In this document: positions 53,427 to 63,788 of the stretch, piece by piece
Layout of the letters: each line of letters begins with the position of its first letter
How positions within the stretch are numbered: position 1 is the first letter of the stretch
Assembly: GCF_006345805.1 (NCBI RefSeq)
Contig: NC_043009.1
Location: 12,648,001 to 12,712,000 of the forward strand
Length of the DNA stretch: 64,000 nucleotides
Direction of reading: 5' to 3'
DNA from: Octopus sinensis
Lineage: Eukaryota
Notes under the pieces: generated by a model
Databases searched by the model: none
Seen by the model: the letters and a program-made list of their open reading frames with translations, nothing else
Told to the model about the DNA's origin: nothing
Made by a program: the position numbers and the translations under genes

Positions 53427-53630
53427 ATATTAGGGAATAAATCCAAACTTACAGGGAAAAATCAGATTTAGGATTGAATCCAATTTTATAGTAAAATATT
53501 ATATTATATTAAATTAGAGACAAAACCACTATTAGGCAAATCAAACAATGAAAAACTTAAGCCAATACATATGATTAATTTATATTATTTAAATATATAA
53601 CAAAATTATTAAAAAAAATATAATTAATAT

Positions 53631-53698
53631 CACACTACGATCGTTTCATGCCTGCTAACAGCTTCAAATTTTTGAGTCGCAGTCATTCATCAGGTGGT
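53631..53698 (-). ncRNA. Type I hammerhead ribozyme motif, GUA triplet
   Basis: cac-CTGATGA-atgactgc...gcaggcat-GAAAC-gatc-GTA-gtg; palindromic stem III ACGATCGT; short 3-bp stem I. Confidence 0.7.
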
Positions 53699-53790
53699 TT
53701 AAATATTTTTCTTGGTGGTTTAAACATTGTTTGATTTGCCTAATAGTGGTTTTGTCTCTAATTTAATATAATATATATATATATATATAT

Positions 53791-54002
53791 ACTCTTTACT
53801 CTTTACTCTTTTACTCTTTTACTTGTTTCAGTCATTTGACTGCGGCCATGCTGGAGCACCGCCTTTAGTCGAGCAAATCGAGCCCAGGACTTATTCTTTG
53901 TAAGTCGGTATCTTTTGCCGAACCGCTAAGTTACGGGGACGTAAACACACCAGCATCTGTTGTCAAGCGATGTTGGGAGGACAAACACAGACACACAAAC
54001 AT

Positions 54003-54033
<31 letters not shown>

Positions 54034-54203
54034 CATATATACGACGGGATTCTTTCAGTTTCCGTCTACCAAATCCACTCACAAGGCTTTGGTCGGCCCG
54101 AGGCTATAGTAGAAGACACTTGACCAAGGTGCCACGCAGTGGGACTGAACCCGGAACCATGTGGTTGGTAAGCAAGCTTTTTAGCACACAGCCACTCCTA
54201 CGC

Positions 54204-54204
<1 letters not shown>
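53791..54204 (-). mobile_element. SINE family A
   Basis: Homology to 6204-6600. Confidence 0.9.
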
Positions 54205-54234
<30 letters not shown>

Positions 54235-54235
54235 C

Positions 54236-54302
<67 letters not shown>

Positions 54303-54307
<5 letters not shown>

Positions 54308-54984
54308 CACGTTATTTATTTATGTAAAGGTTTATTATATATTTCGCAGCGTACGTGCATAATAACTTCTTTATGTTTATCATATCACCACCCCTGCACG
54401 ATGTCTTTAAACTTTTTTCTTTCCTTCGCCATTGCTTCGTTGCCAAATAGTTTTGGCGCCTTTTTCTCCCAGCCTCTCTGATTCCTTCTCTCCCTCTCTC
54501 TCTTGGTCACTGCTTCTTCTCTGATTCCTTCTCTCCCTCTCTCTCTTGGTCACTGCTTCTGTCCTCACCTTCCACCCTCCTTGGTCCCCTCTCTCTCTTA
54601 CCCTCTTGCGACTTGCTGCCTCAGCCATTCTGTTGCTAATCGGCCCCTTGTTCAACATGTGTCTCATCACCGAAAAGGTAATTATTTTTCCACGCTTGCT
54701 GATATTGTTTTTGTGTCTCCTTTTGTCTCAAAGCCGTAGGGCGCCTGTGTCATCCATGTTTTTAACCGTTACTGTCTCCCAAAAAGTTTTTTTCGTTTCA
54801 TGTTCGTCTCTGTTGCGTTGCATTCTTTCCTTCTGTGGCTGGCTGATTCAGAGCGGATCTCAGAATTAAACAGCCGAAATCTGCGATGAGGAATCAGTTT
54901 CTGACTGGTTTTGAATGACCCGTTTGTCTTTTATGTTCGTCCCTTCGTGTATTTCACGTTATTTATTTATGTAACGGTTTATTA

Positions 54985-54985
<1 letters not shown>
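54303..54985 (+). mobile_element. Penelope-like pLTR remnant with ~38-bp direct terminal repeat
   Basis: tatttcacgttatttatttatgtaa(a/c)ggtttattatatat at both ends; (TA)n flanks; decayed hammerhead-like stretch near 54870-54925. Confidence 0.4.
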
Positions 54986-55018
<33 letters not shown>

Positions 55019-55104
55019 CATATATATATACATATGCTTGTATATCTATCTATATATACACATACACGCGCACACTCATGTGCGCCATCCCCCCCGCGCG
55101 CGAA

Positions 55105-55728
55105 AATATTTTAATGGAAGTTTTGTGGCTGTATTTTACCTCTACAATATTTATCTATTTTGAAACTGAAATAAATTCTACCCCCTTTCAGATATATAAA
55201 TATGGAGTACCATATAAGAAATGAGCATTTTGGATGCCTACTTTTTTTTTACATTCAATCAAGGTTCCAAATCTGCCAAAGCCGCTCGGGACATTTGAGC
55301 TCTGTACGAAGAGGGCGCTATTGCCGAAAAAATTGCATACAAATGGTTTGCATGTTTCAGAGAAGAGAAGTTCAATCCCATAGTTTCTCCACATTTAAGA
55401 TGAGCTTTTCATTTCATTGAGGACCGTTTGAATGAACTCGTTCACGAAGATTTGCACCAGTCCATTAGGGAGTTGGCCCGGCTGATAGGATGCTCTCATG
55501 ATTCTGTCGCCTGTCACTTTCACTCTATGGGTAAGGTTCCAAAACTCGGTGCATGGATGCTACGAACTCTTAACGAAAGTGACAAATTCCAGCGCTTCTC
55601 TAGCGCCGTCAGTTTACTCGCTCGACACCAGGATACCCGTGGACACAAACAAAGAGAGATAGAGATAGAGATAGAGATAGAGATAGAGATAGAGATAGAG
55701 ATAGAGATAGAGATAGAGATAGAGATAG

Positions 55729-55759
<31 letters not shown>

Positions 55760-56341
55760 GAGAGAGATTTCTTTACCACATAATTTCATAAGTCGCAAAG
55801 AAACATGATGATTTTATGTTAATATGAAGCTGGTTGAGTCTCAATGGTTGAGTCTCAAAGCAAGCAACTCCTCGATCCAAACCAGAGCTGCATCGACGCA
55901 AGACAGTGATCTGCGTTTGGTGGGGTTGAGAAGGGCTAATCCACAACGAAATGTTTGAAAACAAGTCAATGCAGAGCTTTGAGCTCAGCAAATGCATCGG
56001 CTCAGTTAGGCCATCCAGCTGAATTGAACCAGCGAACGGAACAATGAGCTTCTTCAATGCTCACCTCACGCCGCAAATTTTATGAACAGAATACTATTGA
56101 AGCGCTCAGGTTTTTTTTTTGCTGCTCTTCAAGAGAATGCTCGGTGTTTCGTTCAACAACAACGTGACTCGAAGAAGTTTTCAAGTCAAGATCCAATAAT
56201 TTCTCCTGTTAAAACATTGGCATACTAGGAGAACGTTGCCGTGAAAATATTTGCTTAAATAATATTTTGTTAAAACTGTCATTGAAAAATAAGGATTAAA
56301 TTAAATGAACAAGAAACCCAACTTATTATTTCACAGCCCAA
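55105..56341 (+). mobile_element. mariner fossil (left TIR missing) with an internal (GAGATA)n expansion at 55655-55768
   Basis: MEYHIRNEHF..., LNELVHEDLHQSIRELA, MGKVPKLGAW, ICVWWG; right TIR aacttattatttcacagcccaa. Confidence 0.85.
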
Positions 56342-56404
56342 TGTATGTATGTATGTATGTATGTATGTATGTATGTATGTATGTATGTATGTATGTATGT
56401 ATGT

Positions 56405-57735
56405 TTGTTTCTTCTATTTTTTTAATTATTATAAATCTTCCACTGAGGAGGGAGCCAGCTTCCAACAAAGATACAATCTTTCGGATGTAGTTAGACAAAT
56501 TCACATTTGGAACTTGAGAAACGTCTTGCATATTCTTACTGTTCCACTTACAGATTGCACTTATAATGTACGAATTAGCTAGTCAATTTCTCTTTCTGAA
56601 AATCCCAGTTTATCCAGATTCCCCTTTAAGCATTTACTAACAAGTGTTCCAATTATTATTGGTATGAATATGAATTCATAGTCTGGATATAGAAGCTGGA
56701 GGTTTCGAGGCAGTTGTCCATAGACATCCTCTTTTTCTTTGATTTATATATACAGGGCAGCTAACCTCTATGATGGTATATACCTTTGCCCCTCTATCCC
56801 AAACAACAATATCCGGCCTGTTATGCTTACATCTGACAAGTTTTGATGGGAATATTCCACCAGTGTTCCTTGAATTGGTGTTTATGAATGCATTCCATAA
56901 CAGAGTAATTTTCTAAGTTTATTTCCCCAACAATATCGTTGATAGCCTTAAACATTGAATCGGTCGGATTTTTTCTCACTCTTGTTGGGGATAGTCTGTT
57001 GTTCAACGAAAGCTTCGAGAAAGTATCAAAATATTTTACGAATTGTAATTTTAAAATATTTTCGAGTTGGATGTATTCCGCAGTCTTCGCTACTGAGTCA
57101 GCTAAATTTGGAGACTGACTCGAATTTAACGAAGGCGGGAGCGGTGGTTTGTCTACATTATTTTCTACGCCGCTTCTGGCAGATTTTAACCCATTTTCAG
57201 TGTTTTGAGACGATCAAGGACCAAGTGTTTTTTTTTTTACAATGATGCTTGTTGTCGGAGCTGTTTCACGATGAAGGTATTTAAGTTTGGAAGAGCTTCG
57301 TCCCAGAATTGTTTTAACCGCTTCATGTATCCGATTGAAGGGTCATCTCGGACGTTTTCATAGCACCGAAGTAAATCGTGGTTTAGTTGTCGAGTTCAAG
57401 TAAAGTGAGAAGAGTACTTGCGCCATCTTAAATAACTTACTGGTGAAGTAGTTCTGTTTTCAATGGTTGTGACATTGTTAGTTTCATCTGTGGTGGTGTT
57501 GGTTTCAGCCATAATCGTGCTAGCGAGATTACACGAGGTGTAGATGTACATTTTAAAATCTGTTCAGAAGAGAGCTCGATGGCGAGTAAAAGGTGTTTCT
57601 CTTATTAATTATTGGAGACGTAAACCAGTTACCGATTTAGGCTGAAGAAGTCGGCATATTTCTAGAGGAAGGCGTTCAAAACGGACTTTTTGAACGGTTC
57701 TCTACATCTGCACGTCTGATGTTGACGGCGCCATT
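56405..57735 (-). mobile_element. Internally deleted R4/Dong-like (RLE-clade) LINE flanked on both sides by (CATA)n
   Basis: N-terminal IGYMKRLKQFWDEALPNL..KQLRQQA; C-terminal HWWNIPIKT/CKHNRPDIVVWD..IIEVSCP/KEDVYGQL..IPIIIG; 3' UTR then (CATA)n tail. Confidence 0.8.
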
Positions 57736-57742
57736 ATGTATC

Positions 57743-57776
<34 letters not shown>

Positions 57777-58021
57777 TGTATGTATGTATGTATGTATGTA
57801 TGTATGTATGTATGTATGTTTGTATGTTTGTATGTATGTATGTATGTATGTATGTTTGTATGTATGTATGTATGTATGTATGTATGCATGCATGTATGTA
57901 TGTATGTATGTGTGTGTGTATGTATGTATGTATGTATGTATGTATGTATGTATGTATGTATGTATGTTTGTATGTATGTATGTATGTGTGTATGCATGTA
58001 TGTATGTATGTATGTATGTAT
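57736..58021. repeat. (TATG)n microsatellite
   Basis: Direct inspection; a further tract lies at 56341-56404. Confidence 0.95.
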
Positions 58022-58210
58022 GTATTCAGTTTATTTCAAGATTTCTTACCAATAGAGAAAGAACCGGTTTCTAACCTAGATCCAAGGTTCCTTCATTGGA
58101 ATTTCGACCACAACAGGGTATTTTTGTTTGTATATATGTATGTATGAATCTATGTGCGTAAGTATGTATGAATGTATGTATGTATTATGTAGAGAGAAAC
58201 AGAACGGGAC

Positions 58211-58270
<60 letters not shown>

Positions 58271-58394
58271 TGAGAGAGAGGTTCACAAAAGCAGTTAAAT
58301 ACGTAAAGCACAAAAGAAGAAAGAATTTCTCGTAGAACAGGTGTAATAGTGACAAAAGTAAATTTAGGTTGAAAACGAAGCTGGTCTCATTTAC

Positions 58395-58481
58395 CTGTTG
58401 ATATCTGCAGGAATGGAAAGAAGTAGACCAGGTAACAATAGCCGAAGTTGATGCTTTCAAAAAGTTTGGCGAATCTTATCT
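58395..58481 (-). other. Putative non-coding first exon of the minus-strand secreted-protein gene
   Basis: CAG|gtaaat donor at 58394. No ATG in the exon. Begins about 27 nt downstream of a TATAAAAG box. The TSS position is an estimate. Confidence 0.5.
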
Positions 58482-58500
58482 GGTCCGCTAATAAAGCCTG

Positions 58501-58508
58501 CTTTTATA
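58501..58508 (-). promoter_or_regulatory. TATA box (TATAAAAG) of the putative minus-strand gene
   Basis: Exact TATAWAAR consensus about 27 nt upstream of an initiator-like CCAGAT and a donor-terminated exon. Confidence 0.45.
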
Positions 58509-58851
58509 AAACAAACGAGTTATGTGACCAGAATCATAAAGCCGGTTATTTTACCCTCCTTTTTATCACACATTCGTTTTGCTGCTTTTTATCACAGATT
58601 CATAAAGTAATATCGAATGACCAACTCTTTAAGTATAACTTCTCACCTTTCTTTCCTCCTTCTTTCTCATTCTATCTCGCTCACTTTCTTTCTTTCTTTC
58701 TTTCTTTCTTTCCCTTCTGTTTCTCTCCTTCATTTCCTCTCTTTCCCAAATCAATCGTTCTTTAAAATACTCCCCCAACATAAACATATTTATATAAAGA
58801 CGCACGACGAAATGTATACTTACTGCTTTTTTTTTTGAAAACAAACATGTA

Positions 58852-59025
58852 CGTAGGAGTGGCTGTATGGTAAGTAGCTTGCTTACCAACCACATGGTTC
58901 TGGGTTTAGTCCCACTGCGTGGCACCTTGGGCAAGTGTCTCTTACTATAGCCTCGGGCCAACCAAAGACTTGCGAGTGGATTTGATAGACGGAAGCTGAA
59001 AGAAGACCGTCGTATATATAATATA

Positions 59026-59057
<32 letters not shown>

Positions 59058-59258
59058 GTTTGTGTATATGTTTGTCCCCCAACATCGCTTGATAACCGAT
59101 GCTGGTGTGTTTACGTCCCCGTAACTTAGCGGTTCGGCAAAAGAGACCGATAGAATACGTACTAGGATTACAAAGTATAAGTCTTGGGGTCGATTCGTTC
59201 GACTAAAAGCGGTGCTCCAGCATGGCCACAGTCAAATGACTGAAAGAGGTAAAAGAGA
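58852..59258 (+). mobile_element. SINE family A
   Basis: Homology to 6204-6600. Confidence 0.9.
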
Positions 59259-59451
59259 AAGAGTATATACATTTGTGTGTATACAGATATATGTATTTTT
59301 AAAGGGGAACATAAACATTCCGATTAGGATCCCTATAATCCCTACCGCACACTTTCCCTCTCTCTCACTTCTCTCTCATATTCCCCATCGCTCTCGCATA
59401 CACTGAACACAACGCAATTTACCTACACATGCACGCACGCTCGCTTGCGCG

Positions 59452-59490
<39 letters not shown>

Positions 59491-59659
59491 ACATATACAG
59501 GCGCAGGCATGGCTGTGTGGTAGGAAGCTTGTTTCTCAACCACATGGTTTTGGGTTCAGTCCCACTGCGTGGCACCTTGTGCCTTCTACTATAGTCTCGG
59601 GTCGACCAAAGCCTTGTGAGTGGATTTAGCAATGAAAAAACTACCGCCTAAATACTGCC

Positions 59660-59702
<43 letters not shown>

Positions 59703-59796
59703 ATCCAAACATGAAAACACATAGAGAAAACACAACAACGTGAGGACGTGGAACAAGTATAGTATTATTGGACGCTCAGGAAAGAAGGATAGAAGG

Positions 59797-59835
59797 AGGG
59801 TTTAACGTTTCGAGCGGAGCTCTTCGTCAGAAACA
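59797..59835 (-). ncRNA. Minimal type I hammerhead motif, second copy of the 24644 family
   Basis: gttt-CTGACGA-a-gagc tcc gctc-GAAAC-GTT-aaac; flanks homologous to 24575-24790. Confidence 0.65.
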
Positions 59836-59904
59836 TAGGAAAAGGAAAGATCCAAAGAAGGGAAGACGGAAGAAAAAAATCGCCAACGGTACACATGTGG
59901 TCAC

Positions 59905-59951
<47 letters not shown>

Positions 59952-60118
59952 GACAGTGTTCATTCGCAATTTTCAACTGCTAATTTTACGGATATTTTTT
60001 AAACTTTCATTGTCGGTCTTTTTCTTAGAAGCAATAACCATTTTGCTTTATTTTTTACAGAATAATTGACTATAGAAAAGTTTGACCCCCGCCCCTAATT
60101 TGTGGAAGCAGTATAGAG

Positions 60119-61320
60119 TCATCTTTTGAATTCGTGCCTGAAGGAAACATACGGAAATTTCAAACTTCATCAACGTCAGTAGAACGATGGTGGAACAGTT
60201 CAGAAAGGCGCTGGGAGATTCAGCATTCGACTACGAGGCGACAGCAGAGAGGAAAACTTATGATAGATGGTCTGACGCCTTAGAACGCTGGTATAATTCG
60301 TTGTTGAAATCCAGGAGCTCAACAACAATGATCCCAGAAAGTCGAAGCGTGCCAATGCATGGCAGAAAGGTGTGAATGAAAAGCTCATCAGGTAGGTGGT
60401 ACATGAGGACATTCGGTATTTTTCAGACAAGATGAGGAAGGGAAAATTTCTATCCAAGGCGATGCAGGAAAGCGACCCATACACACCAACAAGCTGGAAC
60501 ATCCGCTGGAGCCAGGCATGCTGTACTTCTTTTCCGGCGAAACGAATTTCTGCTAAGACCATAAGATCAACTCCCAGAACAACAGGTGGCTCGCTGTCTC
60601 ACCCAAGCAAGTTCCCTGAGTCATACAAACGAAATTTCCACCGACAATCATGGTCTTTGGTGTTCTCAGCAGTGAAGGTGACGTCATACCACCCCACTTC
60701 TTCCCTAAGAGCCCCATACTGAACACTGAAGGTTACCTCCGTGTTCTGAGCGGCGTGGTGAAGCTCGAGATCGATCAGGTAGCTGCAGGGAGGCCGTACG
60801 TGTGGCAAGAAGAGTCTGAGCCCTGTCACCCCAACCAGAAAATCACACAGTACCTGACATTTGGCTCCCAACTTGCCTGACTACAACTCCTCGACTTTCT
60901 TTGTGTGGAGCGCGGTGCAATGAGAGACCAACAAATTCGGCAGTATTTAGGCGGTAGTTTTTTCATTGCTAAATCCACTCACAAGGCTTTGGTCGACCCG
61001 AGACTATAGTAGAAGGCACAAGGTGCTACGCAGTGGGACTGAACCCGAAACCATGTGGTTGAGAAACAAGCTTCCTACCACAGCCATATATATATATGTC
61101 TCTATATATGTCTCTGTATGTGTGTGTGTGTGTGAACTAGCTGAGGGCCATGATTATCAGGGCCTTCAGGAGTCTAAAATGGGAGATAGTGATGTGGCCG
61201 GTTCCAATGTTGCTGAGAGGCTCTCATCGAGACCAAAGGAGGGTGAATCGATTGAGATCGATAGAACATGTCATGAAGAGAAAATGACTCAAATTTGACG
61301 AATATATCTTTTTAAATACA
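60119..61320 (+). mobile_element. maT/DD37D-like transposon fossil, interrupted at ~60935-61135
   Basis: VVHEDIRYFS..MRKGKFLS, MVFGVLSSEGDVIPPHFFPK..LNTEGYL, GRPYVWQ; the C-terminus ELRAMIIRAF resumes after the insertion. Confidence 0.85.
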
Positions 61321-61448
61321 TATTTTTACCCGAGACAGTCTTCATGCGAACGAATACCATCCGCACTCCGCACTCTGTATATACACACTACAATGAATTT
61401 TTATTAAAGCTAATATTCGTTATTAAACACAAATCACTATAAATACTG

Positions 61449-61603
61449 TAAAGTATACCAGCCATCTCAATATGGCTAACCACTAAGGGTGGGTGTTACT
61501 GTAGCTTGTAGCCCCAGGAGATCATCGTCTCCAGCTGGGGCTACAAGCTACAGTAACACCTACCCTTAGTGGTTAGCCATATTGAGATGGCTAGTATACT
61601 TTA
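61449..61603. repeat. Near-perfect palindrome (69-bp arms) formed from the 3' end of the 34277 hammerhead element family
   Basis: Arms are reverse complements with 2 mismatches; the arm is homologous to 34416-34470. Confidence 0.85.
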
Positions 61604-61844
61604 TATTGTCGTGCAGTTACTGCTTACATCTCGTTCAGAGATTTATTATTACTATAAATACTGTTACCCTATTTATGCACGTGTGTTGTGAAAACCTAAG
61701 CCCCTCTCATTCATATTAGTGCAACTCTCTTGATGCAAACCGGACGAAGCAATATACTCTTTGTTTATATATAACATTCAATTATATAATTAAATATTGT
61801 TTCATACAAAATATAGCGAAGTCGGTATGTAGATATATCGTTTC

Positions 61845-62121
61845 GTTTGTTCCTTCTTGAGCCATGCCTGGCTCATAAGGGCCGGTTTTCCGGTTTCCTT
61901 GGTGTAAAGCTTCCCCACCTGGACGGTCCGTCGCAGGTGAGCTGCAAGAGGAAAGAGTGAGAGAAAGTTGTGGCGAAAGAGTCAGCAGAAGTTCGCCATT
62001 ACCTTCTGCCGGAGCCACTTGGAGCTTAGGTGTTTCGTTCATAAACACACAGATCACCCGGTCTGAGATTCGAACCCGCGATCCCTCGACCGCTGCTATA
62101 ACCACTAGGCCATTTGCCTCC
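61845..62121 (-). mobile_element. SINE family G, tail type 3
   Basis: Homologous to 22610-22892. Confidence 0.8.
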
Positions 62122-62884
62122 ACACATGTAGATATATAACAGCAATGTAATCTAATTATTTCTTATAGTAAAGCAATAGGCTTACATACACAAATGTACC
62201 CCACCGAATTTGTTTCTTCGTAACTTTCAGAAGAATAGATATTGTTTTAATGAAGTTTTCTACATTTTTAATTAAAAAAAAAGTATTTCGGGTGAATAGG
62301 GAGAGGATTTTAAGAAAATTCACACGAGTCGGCAGTGTTTCCTTATAACTTTCGGAAAAAAAAAGATATTTTTGAATGAAAATTTCTCAAAATACATTTC
62401 AGACTGTGTAAATGACGATGTGAAAAGAAAAATGGTGAGTACGCACTCATACATACTGACACACATCACAATGTTTTACGAAATTTCCAGTTTTATTTTA
62501 TAGATGTATGGGATGTGTGTCAGTATGTATGTGTGCTATCCTACGGAGATCTTTTGATACTAAATTCCGATATAATCGTAACCTACACACTTTGAAAGAT
62601 ATTTGTAGAAATTTTTTTGAAAAAATATCCATTTTTTTGAAAGTTGCAAGAAAGTAAAACAAACGTCTTGTGTGAATTTTCCGAAAGCCTCTCACTCCCT
62701 TCGCAAAAATATTTTCACAATAAATTCCTTTATTATCGGAATCTTCACAATGCACAAAATCTGTAGTCCGGTCATACACACTTCGCTCCGGCCAGTTACT
62801 GTATATCATTGCACAAACGTTACGGGAAGTCCATAATAAACATGTACTTTAAGAAAGTATAACCCAAGATACTTATGTTGGAAG

Positions 62885-63262
62885 CACTTCGTCGGTTACG
62901 ACGACGAGGGTTCCGGTTGATCCGAATCAACGGAACAGCCTGCTCGTGAAATTAACGTGTAAGTGGCTGAGCACTCCACAGACACGTGTACCCATAACGT
63001 AGTTCTCGGGGATATTCAGCGTGGCACAAAGAGTGACAAGGCCGGCCCTTTAAAATACAGATACAACAGAAACAGGAAGTAAGAGTGAGAGAAAGTTGTG
63101 GTGAAAGAGTACAGCAGGGATCACCACCATCCCCTGCCGGAGCCTCGTGGAACTTTAGGTGTTTTCGCTCAATAAACACTCACAACGCCCGGTCTGGGAA
63201 TCGAAACCGCGATCCTATGATCGCGAGTCCGCTGCCCTAACCACTGGGCCATTGCGCCTCCA
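62885..63262 (-). mobile_element. SINE family G, tail type 4
   Basis: tRNA-like head GGAGGCGCAATGGCCCAGTGG...GGTTTCGATTCCC. Confidence 0.85.
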
Positions 63263-63654
63263 CTTATGTTAATGCAATTAGAATACGTGTACAAATGTGC
63301 TCCACCGAATTTGTTTCCTCATAACTTCCAGAGAAATTGATATTTTTAAATGAAATTTTCTACAATTACGCTTCCGATGATTTAGATTTCGATTATATCG
63401 GAATTCATTAAGAAATTGGTTTTCGAGGAAGTGGGGAGAAAATTCACACGAATAGGCTTTGTTTCCTCATAACTATCTAAAAAAGAGGCATTTTTAAATG
63501 AAAATTTCTACAAATACACTTCAGAGTGTGTAAATTACGATTATTTTGAAATTTAATATGAGAATAAAAATTGATGGGATAATATTAATTATTAATTATT
63601 ACATTTTTTTTCGAAAACCTTTTTCACAAAAAGGTTTCCGAAAAAAAATTATTA

Positions 63655-63788
63655 GTACGTTTCCGTCTACTAAATCCACTCACAAGGCTTTAGTTGGCCC
63701 GAGGCTATAGTAGTGCCACGCAGTGGGACTGAACCCAGAACCATGTGGTTGGTAAGCAAGCTACTTACCACACAGCCACTCCTGCGCC
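63655..63788 (-). mobile_element. SINE family A, 5' part; a family C 3' end is cut by the window edge at 63966-64000
   Basis: Homology to families A and C. Confidence 0.8.

Noticed and set aside
54860-54930. Hammerhead-like gCGATGA-ggaatcag..ctggtttt-GAA
   Set aside because: Both core segments are broken; similar partial matches near 16690 and 33666 also fail
57600-57735. Possible HDV-like ribozyme at the 5' end of the R4/Dong-like LINE
   Set aside because: No P1 partner or nested double pseudoknot could be built by eye
58395-58497. Reading this segment as a coding exon ALLADQIRFAKLFESINFGYCYLVYFFPFLQIST (aaaagcag acceptor)
   Set aside because: Spliced to 51394 it hits TAA at once, and its supposed acceptor overlaps a TATA consensus. 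A 5'-UTR exon is more parsimonious. Direct splicing to 46199 is phase-compatible and cannot be excluded without RNA data.
61330-61374. Possible 45-bp minus-strand exon (atacag...ctcgg|gtaaaa)
   Set aside because: Weak acceptor, and its phase is incompatible with the neighbouring candidate exons
62498-62809. 103-aa minus ORF MIYSNWPERSVYDRTT...
   Set aside because: It is an inverted copy of the repeat units at ~62200-62420 and ~63300-63560 (aaaattcacac...atttctacaaat), so repeat-derived
62885-63262. tRNA-like sequences at the heads of SINE families A, C and G
   Set aside because: They have A/B boxes but no complete cloverleaf and continue into SINE bodies; not called as tRNA genes
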